Origin: Terriglobia bacterium
GTDB lineage: Bacteria > Acidobacteriota > Terriglobia > 2-12-FULL-54-10
NCBI GenBank assembly: GCA_963666975.2
Contig: CAXVYR010000003.1
Location: 448,001-512,000 of the forward strand
DNA length: 64,000 bases
Reading direction: 5' to 3'
The notes under the pieces were generated by a model that was not told the DNA's origin, ran no database searches, and saw nothing but the letters and a program-made list of their open reading frames with translations. Shown in pieces: positions 32,188 through 42,779 of this stretch. A program made the position numbers and the translations under genes. The first letter of the stretch is position 1, and every line of letters begins with the position of its first letter.

Positions 32188-33026
32188 CGGAGCAGATCTT
32201 CCAAACGGATGGACTGGTCGGTCTTCGAGTCGCGGTATTTGACGATCACCGGCGTGTACAGCGAAAGGTTCCACTGCTTGCCCCAGCCGCCCGGAAGCGC
32301 ACGCGATCCCGGAACCACCACAGCCTGCGGAGGAATCACCAGGGGGCTGTCGCCGTCGCGGCGGTAAATCTTTTCCCGTACCAAATCATAAACCGGCGTG
32401 GAGCCGGTCAGGATCGTTCCAGCGCCGACCACAGCCTGCTGCTTTACCACCGTGCCTTCATAGACGCCGCAGTTTCCCCCGATCAAGACATCGTCCTCAA
32501 TGATCACGGGAAGGGCCCCCACGGGCTCCAGAACGCCTCCAAGCTGGCTGGCGGCGCTGAGGTGGACCCGTTTGCCCACTTGCGCGCAGGAGCCGACCAG
32601 CGCGTGCGAGTCGATCATGGTGCCCTCATCGACATACGCTCCCACGTTGACATACATGGGCGGCATGCAGGTTACGCCTTTGCCGATATAGCAACCGTCT
32701 CGGATCGAAGACCCCCCGGGCACAATACGGACGCCGTGGTCAATTTCAAACTTTTTCAGGGGAAAAGTGTCTTTGTCGAAATAACGGAATTGCTCGTCAA
32801 TCGACATGTTCTCCAGCATGCCGATCCGGAATCCAAGCAAAATCCCTTTTTTGACCCAGGGGTTCACCTTCCAGCCGCTGGGTTCGGCTCCCTGGACGGC
32901 TGCCGCCGCGCGAATCTCACCGCTATTGAGTCCTTTTTTGAACTCCCGGAAGGTGTCGTAACATTCCTGCTCGTAGGAAGTCGTCTGCTGCTCGAAAAAC
33001 TGCTCAATCCGCTCCGCCAGCGGCAT
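32184..33026 (-). CDS. dapD: Tetrahydrodipicolinate N-succinyltransferase
   Basis: [31 protein letters not shown] and hexapeptide repeats. Confidence 0.95.
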   Translation of the reverse strand: MPLAERIEQFFEQQTTSYEQECYDTFREFKKGLNSGEIRAAAAVQGAEPSGWKVNPWVKKGILLGFRIGMLENMSIDEQFRYFDKDTFPLKKFEIDHGVRIVPGGSSIRDGCYIGKGVTCMPPMYVNVGAYVDEGTMIDSHALVGSCAQVGKRVHLSAASQLGGVLEPVGALPVIIEDDVLIGGNCGVYEGTVVKQQAVVGAGTILTGSTPVYDLVREKIYRRDGDSPLVIPPQAVVVPGSRALPGGWGKQWNLSLYTPVIVKYRDSKTDQSIRLEDLLR

Positions 33027-33939
33027 ATTCCTTCTCCTTTTCCTTCTCCTTGGCCAGCAGCCCCAGATTCCGCAGAACTTGGGACAGCTTGGCTTGGTTG
33101 TCCGCATGGAGAGGAACCAGCGGCAGACGGTAAACAGGATCGATCCGGCCCATCAGGGCCAGGGCGGCCTTGACGGGGATAGGATTGCTTTCGATGAACA
33201 GTGCGTTGAACAGCGGAAGGAAACGGCGGTACTGGCTGCGTGCCGCAGTGAAGTCCCCGGCGTTCGCCTGGGAAACCATTTCGGTCATCTCCCGGGGAAT
33301 GACGTTAGCGGCCACCGAGATCACTCCGCACGCCCCGATTGCCATCAGCGGCAGCGTCATGGCGTCATCTCCGGAAAACACTCGGAAGTTTTCCGGGACC
33401 ATACTGAGGATCTTCTCGGTTTGCCCTACAGTGCCCGAGGCCTCTTTGACACCCATGATGTTGGGAATCTCCGACAGCCGTGCCAGCGTCTGGGGCTCTA
33501 TGTTCGAGCCGGTCCGTCCAGGAACGTTGTAGGTCAAAATCGGCAGGCGGGTGGAGGCAGCCAGCATCCGGTAGTGCTGAAAGAGGCCCTCCTGGGTGGG
33601 TTTGTTGTAATAAGGAGAGACCGAAAGGATGGCGTCGACGCCGAGCTGTTCGAGCGTCTGTATCCCTTCGCATACCCGGCGGGTGTTGTTGCCTCCCGCG
33701 CCGCCCATCACCGGCACGCGCCCTTTGGCCTCCTCCAGCGTGATCTCCACCACACGGAAATGTTCTTCCGAGCAGAGCGTGGGACTCTCGCCCGTAGTCC
33801 CGCAAGGAACCAGGAAATTAATCCCGGACTCGATCTGAAAACGCAGATGACGCCGTAAGGCGGCTTCGTCCAAACGCCCATTTTGGCTGAACGGCGTGAC
33901 GAGCGCCGTGCCGCAGCCTTTGATCTGATTTCGATCCAT
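33004..33939 (-). CDS. dapA: 4-hydroxy-tetrahydrodipicolinate synthase
   Basis: [40 protein letters not shown]. Confidence 0.97.
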   Translation of the reverse strand: MDRNQIKGCGTALVTPFSQNGRLDEAALRRHLRFQIESGINFLVPCGTTGESPTLCSEEHFRVVEITLEEAKGRVPVMGGAGGNNTRRVCEGIQTLEQLGVDAILSVSPYYNKPTQEGLFQHYRMLAASTRLPILTYNVPGRTGSNIEPQTLARLSEIPNIMGVKEASGTVGQTEKILSMVPENFRVFSGDDAMTLPLMAIGACGVISVAANVIPREMTEMVSQANAGDFTAARSQYRRFLPLFNALFIESNPIPVKAALALMGRIDPVYRLPLVPLHADNQAKLSQVLRNLGLLAKEKEKEKEYAAGGAD

Positions 33940-34015
33940 ACAATCCTTCCCTGCCGATAAGCTTAGGATACAAGAACAGGGGCCGCTGTTTAATGTATTT
34001 GTTTAGAATATTTGT

Positions 34016-34200
34016 TCAGAACCTCTCCGGAAAATAATATGTCAGCACGCTGTTCAGGCGCATGTCGGCGACGATCAGTTCCTTGTGCTGGGGGTTCAAA
34101 GCCACGCCGCGCGGCTTTTTCATCAGGCTTTCCGGCCCCCCGATCTTCCACCGGGGCGGAACGTCGCCGTTATCGTTCACGCTCCAGACACCGCGCATCG
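34016..34200 (-). pseudogene. C-terminal remnant of an NHL/beta-propeller-type protein
   Basis: GVWSVNDNGDVPPRWKIGGP...PRGVALNPQHKELIVADMRLNSVLTYYFP looks like a single propeller blade with no credible N-terminus. Confidence 0.55.
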
Positions 34201-34340
34201 AAATCTCCTGCAATCCCGGTCGAAAAATGATTAAAACTCTTGTTTGAGAAGAATCATATGCCAAGCCTACTTTGGTTTCAAGCTCACCAGACGAGAGGGG
34301 CGAGACTCGAAACAACTGGCGCAGCGCTTCCGCTAGAGAG

Positions 34341-35273
34341 TCAGGATTGGAATTCCCGATAGGCTTGGCTCTTGGAAATGTGGCGTTCCCGAGCTACCGT
34401 CTTGAGGGCATCCATACGGCTCAATTTCTCCTCGCGCATCAGTTCTTCCACCCGTTCCCGAAGGGGTTGAGAGGCGAGGGTGGCGGGACCTTCATGCTCA
34501 TCCTCATCCTCATCCTCCGCCTGCCCGATCAGTAGAGTAATTTCCCCTTGAATGGAAGGGCGACCTCGCAAGTTTTCCAAGACTTCCGAGCAAGTTCCTC
34601 GCAGAAACTCTTCGTGGATTTTGCTGACCTCCCGGGCCAATACTGCCGGACGGTTTCCCATGACCTTCTGGACATCTTTGAGAGCCTCCACAATCCGATG
34701 GGGCGATTCAAAAACGATGGTAGTGCCGGCAAAATCCTTGAATTTCTCAAGCGTTTTACAACGGGCGTTTCTTTTGGAAGGGAGGAAGCCGGAAAAACAA
34801 AAGGAATGGGTAGGCAGGCCGGAAGCAACCAACCCGGCAACAAGAGCGGAAGCTCCCGGAACAGGCACAACCGGGATGTTGTGACGAATGCATAGATGAA
34901 CGAGACGGTATCCGGGGTCGGAGATGCCGGGCATGCCGCCATCAGAGACGAGGGCAATTCGTGCGCCCTCCTCCAAGGTCAAAACCAATTCGGCTGCCTT
35001 CGTCACCTCGTTGTGCTCATGATAGCTGGTCGTTCGGGTGGTAATCTGGTAGTGGTTTAGCAGTTTCTGTGTCTGCCGGGTGTCCTCGCAGGCAATCAAG
35101 TCTGCTTCACGCAAAACCCGCAACCCGCGCAGAGTGACGTCCTCCAGGTTGCCAATGGGAGTTCCTACCAGATAAAGCACCCCCTGCGAATTGCTTGGAA
35201 AGCCCCGAACTTCGGCGATGCTCTTGTCTTTCATGCGCTTTTTGCTCGCGTGCTCTTTATTTTCACAGGACAT
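34341..35273 (-). CDS. rsmI: 16S rRNA C1402 2'-O-methyltransferase
   Basis: LYLVGTPIGNLED, ACEDTR, SDGGMPGISDPG, FESPHR, REVSKIHEE; true start may be further downstream. Confidence 0.96.
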   Translation of the reverse strand: MSCENKEHASKKRMKDKSIAEVRGFPSNSQGVLYLVGTPIGNLEDVTLRGLRVLREADLIACEDTRQTQKLLNHYQITTRTTSYHEHNEVTKAAELVLTLEEGARIALVSDGGMPGISDPGYRLVHLCIRHNIPVVPVPGASALVAGLVASGLPTHSFCFSGFLPSKRNARCKTLEKFKDFAGTTIVFESPHRIVEALKDVQKVMGNRPAVLAREVSKIHEEFLRGTCSEVLENLRGRPSIQGEITLLIGQAEDEDEDEHEGPATLASQPLRERVEELMREEKLSRMDALKTVARERHISKSQAYREFQS

Positions 35274-35383
35274 GCCCCAGTTTTATTGAGCATAGCATAG
35301 TTGTCTGGCGCGAGGAACCGGCGGTTGTCGCGGGCATAGGAGAGTTTCAAGGGTCGGTGTTACACATTTTTCCCGCTCAGCAG

Positions 35384-35413
35384 TTGACAGCGAAAAAGAT
35401 GCCTTGTTAGGAT
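35384..35413 (+). promoter_or_regulatory. Putative sigma70 promoter
   Basis: TTGACA (35384), 18 nt, TAGGAT with extended TG, upstream of the TPR gene. Confidence 0.5.
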
Positions 35414-35477
35414 GCCATTAGCATTAATTGATAGACTGACTTCGATTTCCATTTCAAATGGGGAGCGAGAGGATTTC

Positions 35478-36238
35478 TTGACGCGCATAACACGGCAGGA
35501 ATTGAAAAAGAACGAATTTGCAATCCGGTTTGAGGAATTGCGGGAACTGTATCTCCGGCATCAGCGAAAATTAGCTCTTCTGGGCGGAGCGGTCCTGCTT
35601 GTCGCCGCCGTGGCTGCCGGGAGCCTGCTATATCTGAGGAGCCAGAAGGTGCTGGCTGGCGAAACCTTTGCACGCTATATCTGAGGAGCCAGAAGGTGCT
35701 GGCTGGCGAAACCTTTGCACGTGCCTTGGAGACCTACCATGCCCCGGTGATGCAGACCCCTCCGGCTAACATTCCCGATATGGTGTATTTCAAGACCAAC
35801 CAGGAAAAATATACAGAGGCATTGGAGCAGTTTCGGGAAGTTTCCGAGGGGTTCTCCTGGTTCGCTCAAGGAGAAATGGCGCGATACTATGCCGCCCTCT
35901 GCCAGCGAGGGTTGGGAAAGCTGGCGGAGGCAGAACAGGAACTGGCGTCCATCGCAGGAGGCGGAAATCGAGATCTGGCAGGCTTGGCCAAAATGACATT
36001 GGCGGATATATACGCGTATACAGGCCGCGAGGAAGAGGCCGGGAAGCTCTACGAAGAAGTGGGGAATAATCCCGCCAGCACGGTTCCCAAGGCTACGGCG
36101 CAACTGGCGTTGGCTGAGCTTTATCAGAAGACGCGGCCGGAGCAGGCCGTTGATCTGTACCAACAGATAGTGGATGATTACCCGGGCACGGGAGTCAGCG
36201 AATTGGCTACTCAACGCCTGGAAGAGTTAGCGGAATAG
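35478..36238 (+). pseudogene. YfgM-like membrane-anchored TPR protein, frameshifted by a 47-bp tandem duplication
   Basis: N-terminal TRITRQELKKNEF plus TM helix in one frame, TPR body in another; removing one repeat copy restores the ORF. Confidence 0.8.
35627..35720. repeat. Perfect 47-bp tandem duplication
   Basis: gctatatctgaggagccagaaggtgctggctggcgaaacctttgcac at 35627 and 35674. Confidence 0.95.
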
Positions 36239-36299
36239 CTCGGGCGGAAGACGGGCCGTTCCAGCCGGTGGCACCTGCCGGTCGTAGCAGGTTTTGAGC

Positions 36300-36377
36300 A
36301 GCTCTTTGCGGCAGGTCTTTGCGGGAGAGCTTTGCGCGAGATCGTTGAAAGAGATCGTTAAGAGAGAGCTTTGCGAG
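36300..36377. repeat. Degenerate 13-bp tandem array (6 units)
   Basis: agctctttgcggc / aggtctttgcggg / agagctttgcgcg / agatcgttgaaag / agatcgttaagag / agagctttgcgag. Confidence 0.75.
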
Positions 36378-36438
36378 TCCTTGTTTCAACCCATCTTCTA
36401 ACCTCCAACATTGATTCTAATCCTGGATTCCAATCCTG

Positions 36439-37602
36439 ATGCGGGAATTCGCCCTGAAACCGGAGCAAAGTCGCGGACGCAGGTTCGCGGAGCCTCCGCA
36501 TCCCTACCGCAATGACTACCAGCGGGATCGGGACCGGATCGTCCATTCCCGTGCCTTCCGCCGCTTGGAAGACAAAACGCAAGTCTTCACCACGCGGTAT
36601 TCCGATCATTTCCGCAACCGCCTGACCCACACCATCGAGGTGGCGCAGATTTCCCGGACCATTGCCGGCGTAATGGGCCTGAACGGAGACTTGGTGGAGG
36701 CCCTGGCTTTGGTTCACGACATTGGGCATCCGCCCTTCGGACACTCGGGGGAAAGAAGTCTGGATCAAATCATGCAGACGTTCGGGGACCGCTTCGAGCA
36801 TAACCGGCAGGCTTTGCGGATTGTGGAGAGTTTCGAGCAGCGCTACGCCGAGTTCCCTGGCTTGAACCTCACATTCGAGGTGCGGGAAGGCATTATCAAA
36901 CACTCTCGGGACTATCCGCCGGAGCAGTTCCCGGAGCTGTCCGAGTATCTTTTGGATCAGAGGCCGCCGCTCGAAGCGCAACTGATCGATTTAACCGATG
37001 AAATTGCCTACTACACCGCCGACCTGGACGACGGCTTTGAAGCCAAGTTGCTTTCGCTCGACTCGATGCGAGAGCAACTGCCGATTTTTGAGCAGTTTTA
37101 CTGTGAGGTGGAGCGCAGATATCCGCAGGTTGCTGTTAAGTTGAGGTTTAACGAGACGCTCAAGGGGATTTTGAACTTCTTGGTGACTAATTTGCTCGAA
37201 AACTCTCTGGCGCAAGTGGAAAAGCTCTCGCCGGAAACCGCAGAGCATGTTCGTGCGCATCCTCACCGGCTCATTGGCTTCAGCGAGGAAGCCGAGCAAT
37301 ACAAAAACCGTTTGAGGGAATATCTGTATCATCGGCTCTATCTCCATACCGCTTTTCAGGCGGAGAAGGAGCAGGGAATTCGGGTGGTGGAAACCTTGTT
37401 CCAATTTTACTTGGACCATCCGGAACGAATGCCTGCCTGGCATGCCGGGCAAGTCAAGCAGGTCCCGAAGCATCGGGTCGTCTGCGACTATATCGCCGGC
37501 ATGACCGACCATTATATTCAGAAGCTGCACCAAGAATTGATCGGCGGGCATTCCGCTGCCACCCCCTCTTCCAGTTCCGGAAGCCGCGATTCCCTGTTTT
37601 GA
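36439..37602 (+). CDS. dgt: Deoxyguanosinetriphosphate triphosphohydrolase (HD domain)
   Basis: RDRDRIVHSRAFRRL..KTQV, RLTHTIEV, HDIGHPPFGH, DYIAGMTD. Confidence 0.95.
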   Translation: MREFALKPEQSRGRRFAEPPHPYRNDYQRDRDRIVHSRAFRRLEDKTQVFTTRYSDHFRNRLTHTIEVAQISRTIAGVMGLNGDLVEALALVHDIGHPPFGHSGERSLDQIMQTFGDRFEHNRQALRIVESFEQRYAEFPGLNLTFEVREGIIKHSRDYPPEQFPELSEYLLDQRPPLEAQLIDLTDEIAYYTADLDDGFEAKLLSLDSMREQLPIFEQFYCEVERRYPQVAVKLRFNETLKGILNFLVTNLLENSLAQVEKLSPETAEHVRAHPHRLIGFSEEAEQYKNRLREYLYHRLYLHTAFQAEKEQGIRVVETLFQFYLDHPERMPAWHAGQVKQVPKHRVVCDYIAGMTDHYIQKLHQELIGGHSAATPSSSSGSRDSLF

Positions 37603-37672
37603 GTCCAATTGCCATCCGAGTGGCGTTTTCGCATATAATTGAAAAGGGGAGTACGCAGCGGAGGAGGGGAAT

Positions 37673-38185
37673 ATGTTCCTGAGTGTCCATGAATTGGAAC
37701 TGCAACCAATTGAATTTGCGGACACCCTGCCTCCGGGCAAAATCGATTTCGGCAGCGATGTGGTTCAGACGGAACCATTAGAAATTCGGGGTTCCGCGGA
37801 ACTGCTGGCTTCCGCAATCCGCTTGCGAGGCCAGCTTCGAACCGCAGTCGAAATCTCTTGCGCCCGATGTCTGGAACCGTGCCGGCGTGATATTGAGAAA
37901 GAGTTTGATCTGTTCTATAACCCGGTTGCCACGATCGCTCAAGAGGAAGTGATCTCTGTGAGCAAAGACGAACTCGAGATCGGCTTTTACCACGGCGACG
38001 GGCTGCTGCTGGAAGACGCCATGAAGGAGCAGGTCTTGCTGGATCTGCCGATAAAGGACATTTGCCGGGAGAATTGCTCCGGCCTCTGCCCTAGTTGCGG
38101 CCAAAATCTCAATCTCGCGGCTTGCGGCTGCAAAGCTTCTTTGGTGGACTCGCGCTGGGCTCCTTTGGCAAAATTGAAGAATTAA
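37673..38185 (+). CDS. yceD: DUF177/YceD family protein
   Basis: CARCL, CRENCSGLCPSCG, DSRWAPL; directly upstream of rpmF. Confidence 0.9.
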   Translation: MFLSVHELELQPIEFADTLPPGKIDFGSDVVQTEPLEIRGSAELLASAIRLRGQLRTAVEISCARCLEPCRRDIEKEFDLFYNPVATIAQEEVISVSKDELEIGFYHGDGLLLEDAMKEQVLLDLPIKDICRENCSGLCPSCGQNLNLAACGCKASLVDSRWAPLAKLKN

Positions 38186-38369
38186 AGGATTGAAGGTAAG
38201 CTGTTTCGAGCTAAGAAACGTTGATTATTCGAGCATGACTGCCAGCCCCGACAGCCTTTCAGACGGGCGGTTATACTTTCTAATAGGAATTTCCTGCCAC
38301 TTCCAGGTAAAATCAAAAGTTCTGTCGATACAACATGGCAGGGTTTGTATTTGGACCTGGAGGAAATGA

Positions 38370-38555
38370 ATGCCCAACCCAAAACGGAGACATTCTCATT
38401 CGAGACGCAGGAAGCGCCGGGCGCACGATTTTTTGAGGGCATCGCTCGTGGAAGATTGCCCCAAATGTCATGAGAAAAAGCTCTCCCATCATGCATGTAA
38501 GAAGTGTGGCTACTATAAAGGGCGGCCAGTGATTGAGATCAAAGAAGCCGAGTAG
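38370..38555 (+). CDS. rpmF: 50S ribosomal protein L32
   Basis: MPNPKRRHS...RRAHD, CPKC...HHACKKCGYYKG. Confidence 0.96.
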   Translation: MPNPKRRHSHSRRRKRRAHDFLRASLVEDCPKCHEKKLSHHACKKCGYYKGRPVIEIKEAE

Positions 38556-38613
38556 CGATACATCCTGACAGCGGCACTCGGCCGCTCGAAGAGCCAACCG
38601 GCCATTCTCGCGG

Positions 38614-39684
38614 ATGTCAACTCAACCAATTACAATTGCTGTGGACGCCATGGGGAGCGACACTGCGCCTCACTGTGAGGTGGAAGGCGCCGTATTGGCC
38701 GCCCGCGAGTTTGGTGTCGGCATTGTGCTGGTCGGCAACGAGGAGTTGCTGCGCAAGGAAATGAAGCGCCACTCCATCCGCCGCTTGCCGGTTGAAGTGC
38801 TGCACGCCAGCGAGACCATTGCTATGGATGAGGGCGCTGCCCGCTCGGTCCGGCAGAAGCGGGACTCCTCCATTCGAGTAGCCGTGCGTCTGGTGCGCGA
38901 GGGCAGAGTACAAGGGGTCATCAGCGCCGGCAACACGGGGGCTGTGATGGCTACGGCCAAGATCGTCCTGGGCACGCTGCCCAGCGTCGAGCGGCCCGGG
39001 CTGGCAGCTTTGTTTCCCACTTCCAGCGGAAGTGTTGCCGTTATGATCGACGTCGGCGCGAACGTCGATTGCAAGCCGGAACAGTTGCGGCAGTTTGCCG
39101 TCATGGGGGAAACTTACTCGCGCCTCATGCTGAACGTTTCCAAGCCCCGCGTGGGTTTGCTATCCATCGGAGTTGAGGAATCCAAGGGCAATGAGTTGAC
39201 ACGGGAGGCGCATCGGCTCCTGCGGCATTTGCCGTTGAATTTTGTGGGAAACGTGGAGGGCCGGGACCTCTACAACGGCAACGCCGACGTCATTGTCTGT
39301 GACGGCTTTATCGGAAACGTGGCGCTCAAGATCAGCGAGGGGATGGTGGAAGCCATCAAGTATTTGTTAAAAGATGCGCTTTCCAGCACGATCGCTTCCA
39401 AAGTCGGATATGTGCTATCCCGGCAGGCCTATGCGGATTTTGCCAAACGGGTGGACTACTCCGAATATGGGGGCGCTCCTCTGCTGGGAGTCAAAGGCAC
39501 CTGCATCATTTGCCACGGCAGTTCCAACTCCAACGCCATTAAAAATGCAATCCGTGTCGCCGCAGCGTTTGCTGCCGGTGGTATCAATGAAAAAATTGAC
39601 GCGGAGTTGAGGATGCTCAGCCACGCTTCGGGCCCCAAACACCGGGGCCACGCCGCACCCTCGACCGGGCGGACCCTGCGCTGA
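38614..39684 (+). CDS. plsX: Phosphate acyltransferase
   Basis: [40 protein letters not shown]. Confidence 0.97.
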   Translation: MSTQPITIAVDAMGSDTAPHCEVEGAVLAAREFGVGIVLVGNEELLRKEMKRHSIRRLPVEVLHASETIAMDEGAARSVRQKRDSSIRVAVRLVREGRVQGVISAGNTGAVMATAKIVLGTLPSVERPGLAALFPTSSGSVAVMIDVGANVDCKPEQLRQFAVMGETYSRLMLNVSKPRVGLLSIGVEESKGNELTREAHRLLRHLPLNFVGNVEGRDLYNGNADVIVCDGFIGNVALKISEGMVEAIKYLLKDALSSTIASKVGYVLSRQAYADFAKRVDYSEYGGAPLLGVKGTCIICHGSSNSNAIKNAIRVAAAFAAGGINEKIDAELRMLSHASGPKHRGHAAPSTGRTLR

Positions 39685-39736
39685 GTGCCTCGCAGGGGAT
39701 GTCTTTCAATTCGTTTCCGCAGGTGAATGAATCACG

Positions 39737-40675
39737 ATGAGGCAATCAGCCTTCCTTTTTCCCGGACAAGGCTCTCAGGTTCCCGGGATGGGGCGAGAGT
39801 TGAGCGAGAAGTTCTCTGTCGCCCGCAAGACTTTGGAAGAAGCCGACCAGGCTCTGGGGTTTTCTCTCTCCCGCCTGTGTTGGGAGGGACCTGCCGAAGA
39901 GTTGCAATTGACGGCAAACACCCAGCCCGCGATTCTGGCCTGTTCGGTGGCGGCCTGCCGGGTGTTGCAGGAAAGGGGCATCTCGCCCGCCTATGTCGCC
40001 GGGCATAGCCTGGGAGAGTATTCCGCTTTGGTGGCTGCCGGGTCCATCGACTTCCCCGATGCGCTCCGCACCGTGCGCCATCGCGGGCAATATATGCAGG
40101 AGGCGGTTCCGGCGGGGACAGGCGCCATGGCCGCCTTGCTGGGCCTGACACAGGATCAGGTGGAGGAGTTGTGCCGGAATGCCGCCAACGGGGAAGTGGT
40201 GACACCGGCTAATTTCAATACGCCTGGACAGATCGTAGTTGCGGGAAATGCTGGCGCAGTCCAGCGGGTAATGGAGAGCGCCCTGGCGGCTGGGGCCAAG
40301 CGAGCGTTGCAGTTGCCGGTGAGCGCGCCATTCCATTGTTCGTTGATGCAGCCGGCCCAGCAGCGGCTGGCCCCGGAACTGGAATCGGTGTGCTTTTCCG
40401 ACTTGACGTTTCCGTTGGTGAACAACGTGCGCGCCGAGGAAGTAAAAACCGGCCCCCAGGCCCGTCAGGGCCTGATCGACCAAATCCCTTCTCCCGTCCT
40501 GTGGGAACAGAGCGTTCGCCGGTTGCTTTCCCTGGGAACAGAGCAATTTGTTGAGGTGGGGCCGGGCAGGGTGCTGACCGGAATGCTGCGGCAGATAGAC
40601 CGCAAGATTCCGGCGGTAAACGTAGAAGATGAGAAGAGCCTTGACAAAGCCCTCGCTGCCCTGGACGGTGGGTAG
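39737..40675 (+). CDS. fabD: Malonyl-CoA-ACP transacylase
   Basis: FPGQGSQ, GHSLGEY, VSAPFH, EVGPG. Confidence 0.97.
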   Translation: MRQSAFLFPGQGSQVPGMGRELSEKFSVARKTLEEADQALGFSLSRLCWEGPAEELQLTANTQPAILACSVAACRVLQERGISPAYVAGHSLGEYSALVAAGSIDFPDALRTVRHRGQYMQEAVPAGTGAMAALLGLTQDQVEELCRNAANGEVVTPANFNTPGQIVVAGNAGAVQRVMESALAAGAKRALQLPVSAPFHCSLMQPAQQRLAPELESVCFSDLTFPLVNNVRAEEVKTGPQARQGLIDQIPSPVLWEQSVRRLLSLGTEQFVEVGPGRVLTGMLRQIDRKIPAVNVEDEKSLDKALAALDGG

Positions 40676-40745
40676 CTCATTGGACGCCGATTCAGGCGGC
40701 CTTGCTATTGCCGGGTTCGGCATTTCTTGTGGGTGCTGATTTGTA

Positions 40746-41492
40746 ATGTCCTGGGATGACAAAATCGCCTTCGTTACAGGAGCTTCACAAGGCATCGGAC
40801 GAGCCTGTGCCTTGGTTCTGGCCGAGGCAGGCGCGCGTGTTGTCGTTGCCAGCAGGAACCTCGGCAAGTTGCAGAGCCTCGCCGGCGAGATCAACAAAGA
40901 GAACGAAACGGTTCGCGCTCTTCCGCTTGCTTTGGACGTTTCACGGGAAGATTCGATCAAGGAAGCATTTCAGAAGGCTGTCGAGCAATTCGGCAAGATC
41001 GACATTCTGGTGAACAACGCCGGCATTGCACGCGATGGGTTGGTGATGCGGATGAAGCGGCAGGCCTGGGATGAAGTGCTCGAAACCAACCTGACTGCTG
41101 CCTATCACTGCATCCAACAGGTTTTGCCGGGCATGGTGCGCCGCCGCCAGGGGAGGATTATTAACATCACTTCTGTCGTTGCCCAGATGGGAAATGCAGG
41201 CCAGGCCAATTATGTAGCCTCCAAGGCGGGGCTGATCGGGCTGACGCGGGCGGTGGCGCAGGAGGTGGCCTCCCGCAAGATTACGGTCAATGCCGTAGCT
41301 CCCGGCTTTATCGAGACCGCTATGACAGATGCCATTACTCCGGAGGTTCGTGATAAACTACTTTCCCGCATCCCGCTGGGCAGGCTGGGGCAAGGCCTCG
41401 ATGTCGCCCATGCCGTAAAATTTCTGGCCGCAGACGAAGCCGCCTATATCACCGGGCAAGTCTTGAACGTCAATGGGGGTATGTACCTGTAA
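40746..41492 (+). CDS. fabG: 3-oxoacyl-ACP reductase
   Basis: TGASQGIG, NNAGI, NYVASKAG, APGFIET. Confidence 0.95.
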   Translation: MSWDDKIAFVTGASQGIGRACALVLAEAGARVVVASRNLGKLQSLAGEINKENETVRALPLALDVSREDSIKEAFQKAVEQFGKIDILVNNAGIARDGLVMRMKRQAWDEVLETNLTAAYHCIQQVLPGMVRRRQGRIINITSVVAQMGNAGQANYVASKAGLIGLTRAVAQEVASRKITVNAVAPGFIETAMTDAITPEVRDKLLSRIPLGRLGQGLDVAHAVKFLAADEAAYITGQVLNVNGGMYL

Positions 41493-41542
41493 GGCAGTTC
41501 AGCAAGACCCTGCGAAACCGCTATCCAATTCCAGCCGGAAAA

Positions 41543-42682
41543 TCATCTCCGAATCTGCGTTGCGTGCGAAGCCAAAATGCGGGCGATCCGCTCGCTGGCC
41601 TTTCCATCGCCATAGGGATTGTGAGCCCGGCTCATCCGTGCATACTCGGCGGGGTCCTCCAGTAGCCGCGCCGCTTCCGCCACGATCCTTTCTTGCTCGG
41701 TTCCCACCAGCTTCACCGTGCCCGCGGTGACTGCCTCCGGGCGCTCCGTGACTTTCCGCATCACCAGCACGGGTTTGCCAAGCGCGGGCGCTTCTTCCTG
41801 AATGCCTCCGGGATCGGTCAAGATGAAATGCGCACGGTTCATCAGGGCGACAAAAGGGACATAGTCGAGGGGATCAATCAGAAAGACATTGGGAAGATTT
41901 CCCAAAATTTTCCTCACCGGCTGTTGCACTTTAGGATTCAGGTGCATCGGATAGATCATATCCACATCGCCTCGGAGGGCAATCTGCCGCAGTGCCTGGC
42001 AGATTCGCTCGAATCCTTCCTCGAAGTTTTCGCGCCGGTGGCCCGTCACCAAAATCAGCGGCTTCTCCCCCTTCCAGTTCTCCAGTCCCGGAGCGGCGGA
42101 AAGGGAAGGCATACAGCGCTCGCGCACGTAATAAAGAGCGTCGATGATCGTGTTTCCGGTGACGTGGATGCTCTGCTCGGAAATCCCCTCGCGCAGCAGG
42201 TTTTCTTTGGACTGCCAGGTTGGAGCGAAATGGAGATCGCACAGACGGGAAGCCAGGCGGCGGTACATTTCCTCAGGGAAGGGGCGAAACTTGTCCCCCG
42301 TGCGCAGGTCGGCCTCCACGTGAGCGACTCGAATCTGAAGATAGTAAGCCGCCAGCGCGGCTGCGAAGGTAGTTGTGGTATCTCCCTGGACCAGCACCCA
42401 GTCTGGATTTTCCTGCTCCAGGATAGGACGCAGCCGTTCCAGGCAACGGACCGTTACTTGAAACAGGTCCTGCGCGTCTTGCATTACTTGCAAGTCGTGC
42501 TGGGGAGTAATCTGAAAAGTGGCGAGCACTTGATCGAGCATGCTGCGGTGCTGCGCTGTGACGCAGACACAGGTCGAGAAATGAACGGGATCCGATTCGA
42601 GCGTATGGATCAACGGAGCCAGCTTGATGGCTTCCGGGCGCGTGCCGAAAACTGCCAGAATTTTTTGCCGGGAGGTTTTCAT
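41543..42682 (-). CDS. wecB: Non-hydrolysing UDP-N-acetylglucosamine 2-epimerase (several motif substitutions)
   Basis: [35 protein letters not shown]. Confidence 0.93.
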   Translation of the reverse strand: MKTSRQKILAVFGTRPEAIKLAPLIHTLESDPVHFSTCVCVTAQHRSMLDQVLATFQITPQHDLQVMQDAQDLFQVTVRCLERLRPILEQENPDWVLVQGDTTTTFAAALAAYYLQIRVAHVEADLRTGDKFRPFPEEMYRRLASRLCDLHFAPTWQSKENLLREGISEQSIHVTGNTIIDALYYVRERCMPSLSAAPGLENWKGEKPLILVTGHRRENFEEGFERICQALRQIALRGDVDMIYPMHLNPKVQQPVRKILGNLPNVFLIDPLDYVPFVALMNRAHFILTDPGGIQEEAPALGKPVLVMRKVTERPEAVTAGTVKLVGTEQERIVAEAARLLEDPAEYARMSRAHNPYGDGKASERIARILASHATQIRR

Positions 42683-42779
42683 GTCAATTCACTGCGCGAG
42701 GCGTGCGGGTGCGCTGAGTTGCCGCGCTGCATGGAACAGCCTCGATTTTGTTGATGCGATGCGGGCAAGAGGGAATGGG

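Noticed and set aside
34495-34520. TCCTCA hexamer repeat in rsmI, and the KEKEKE tail of dapA
   Set aside because: In-frame low-complexity linkers with no evidence of function.
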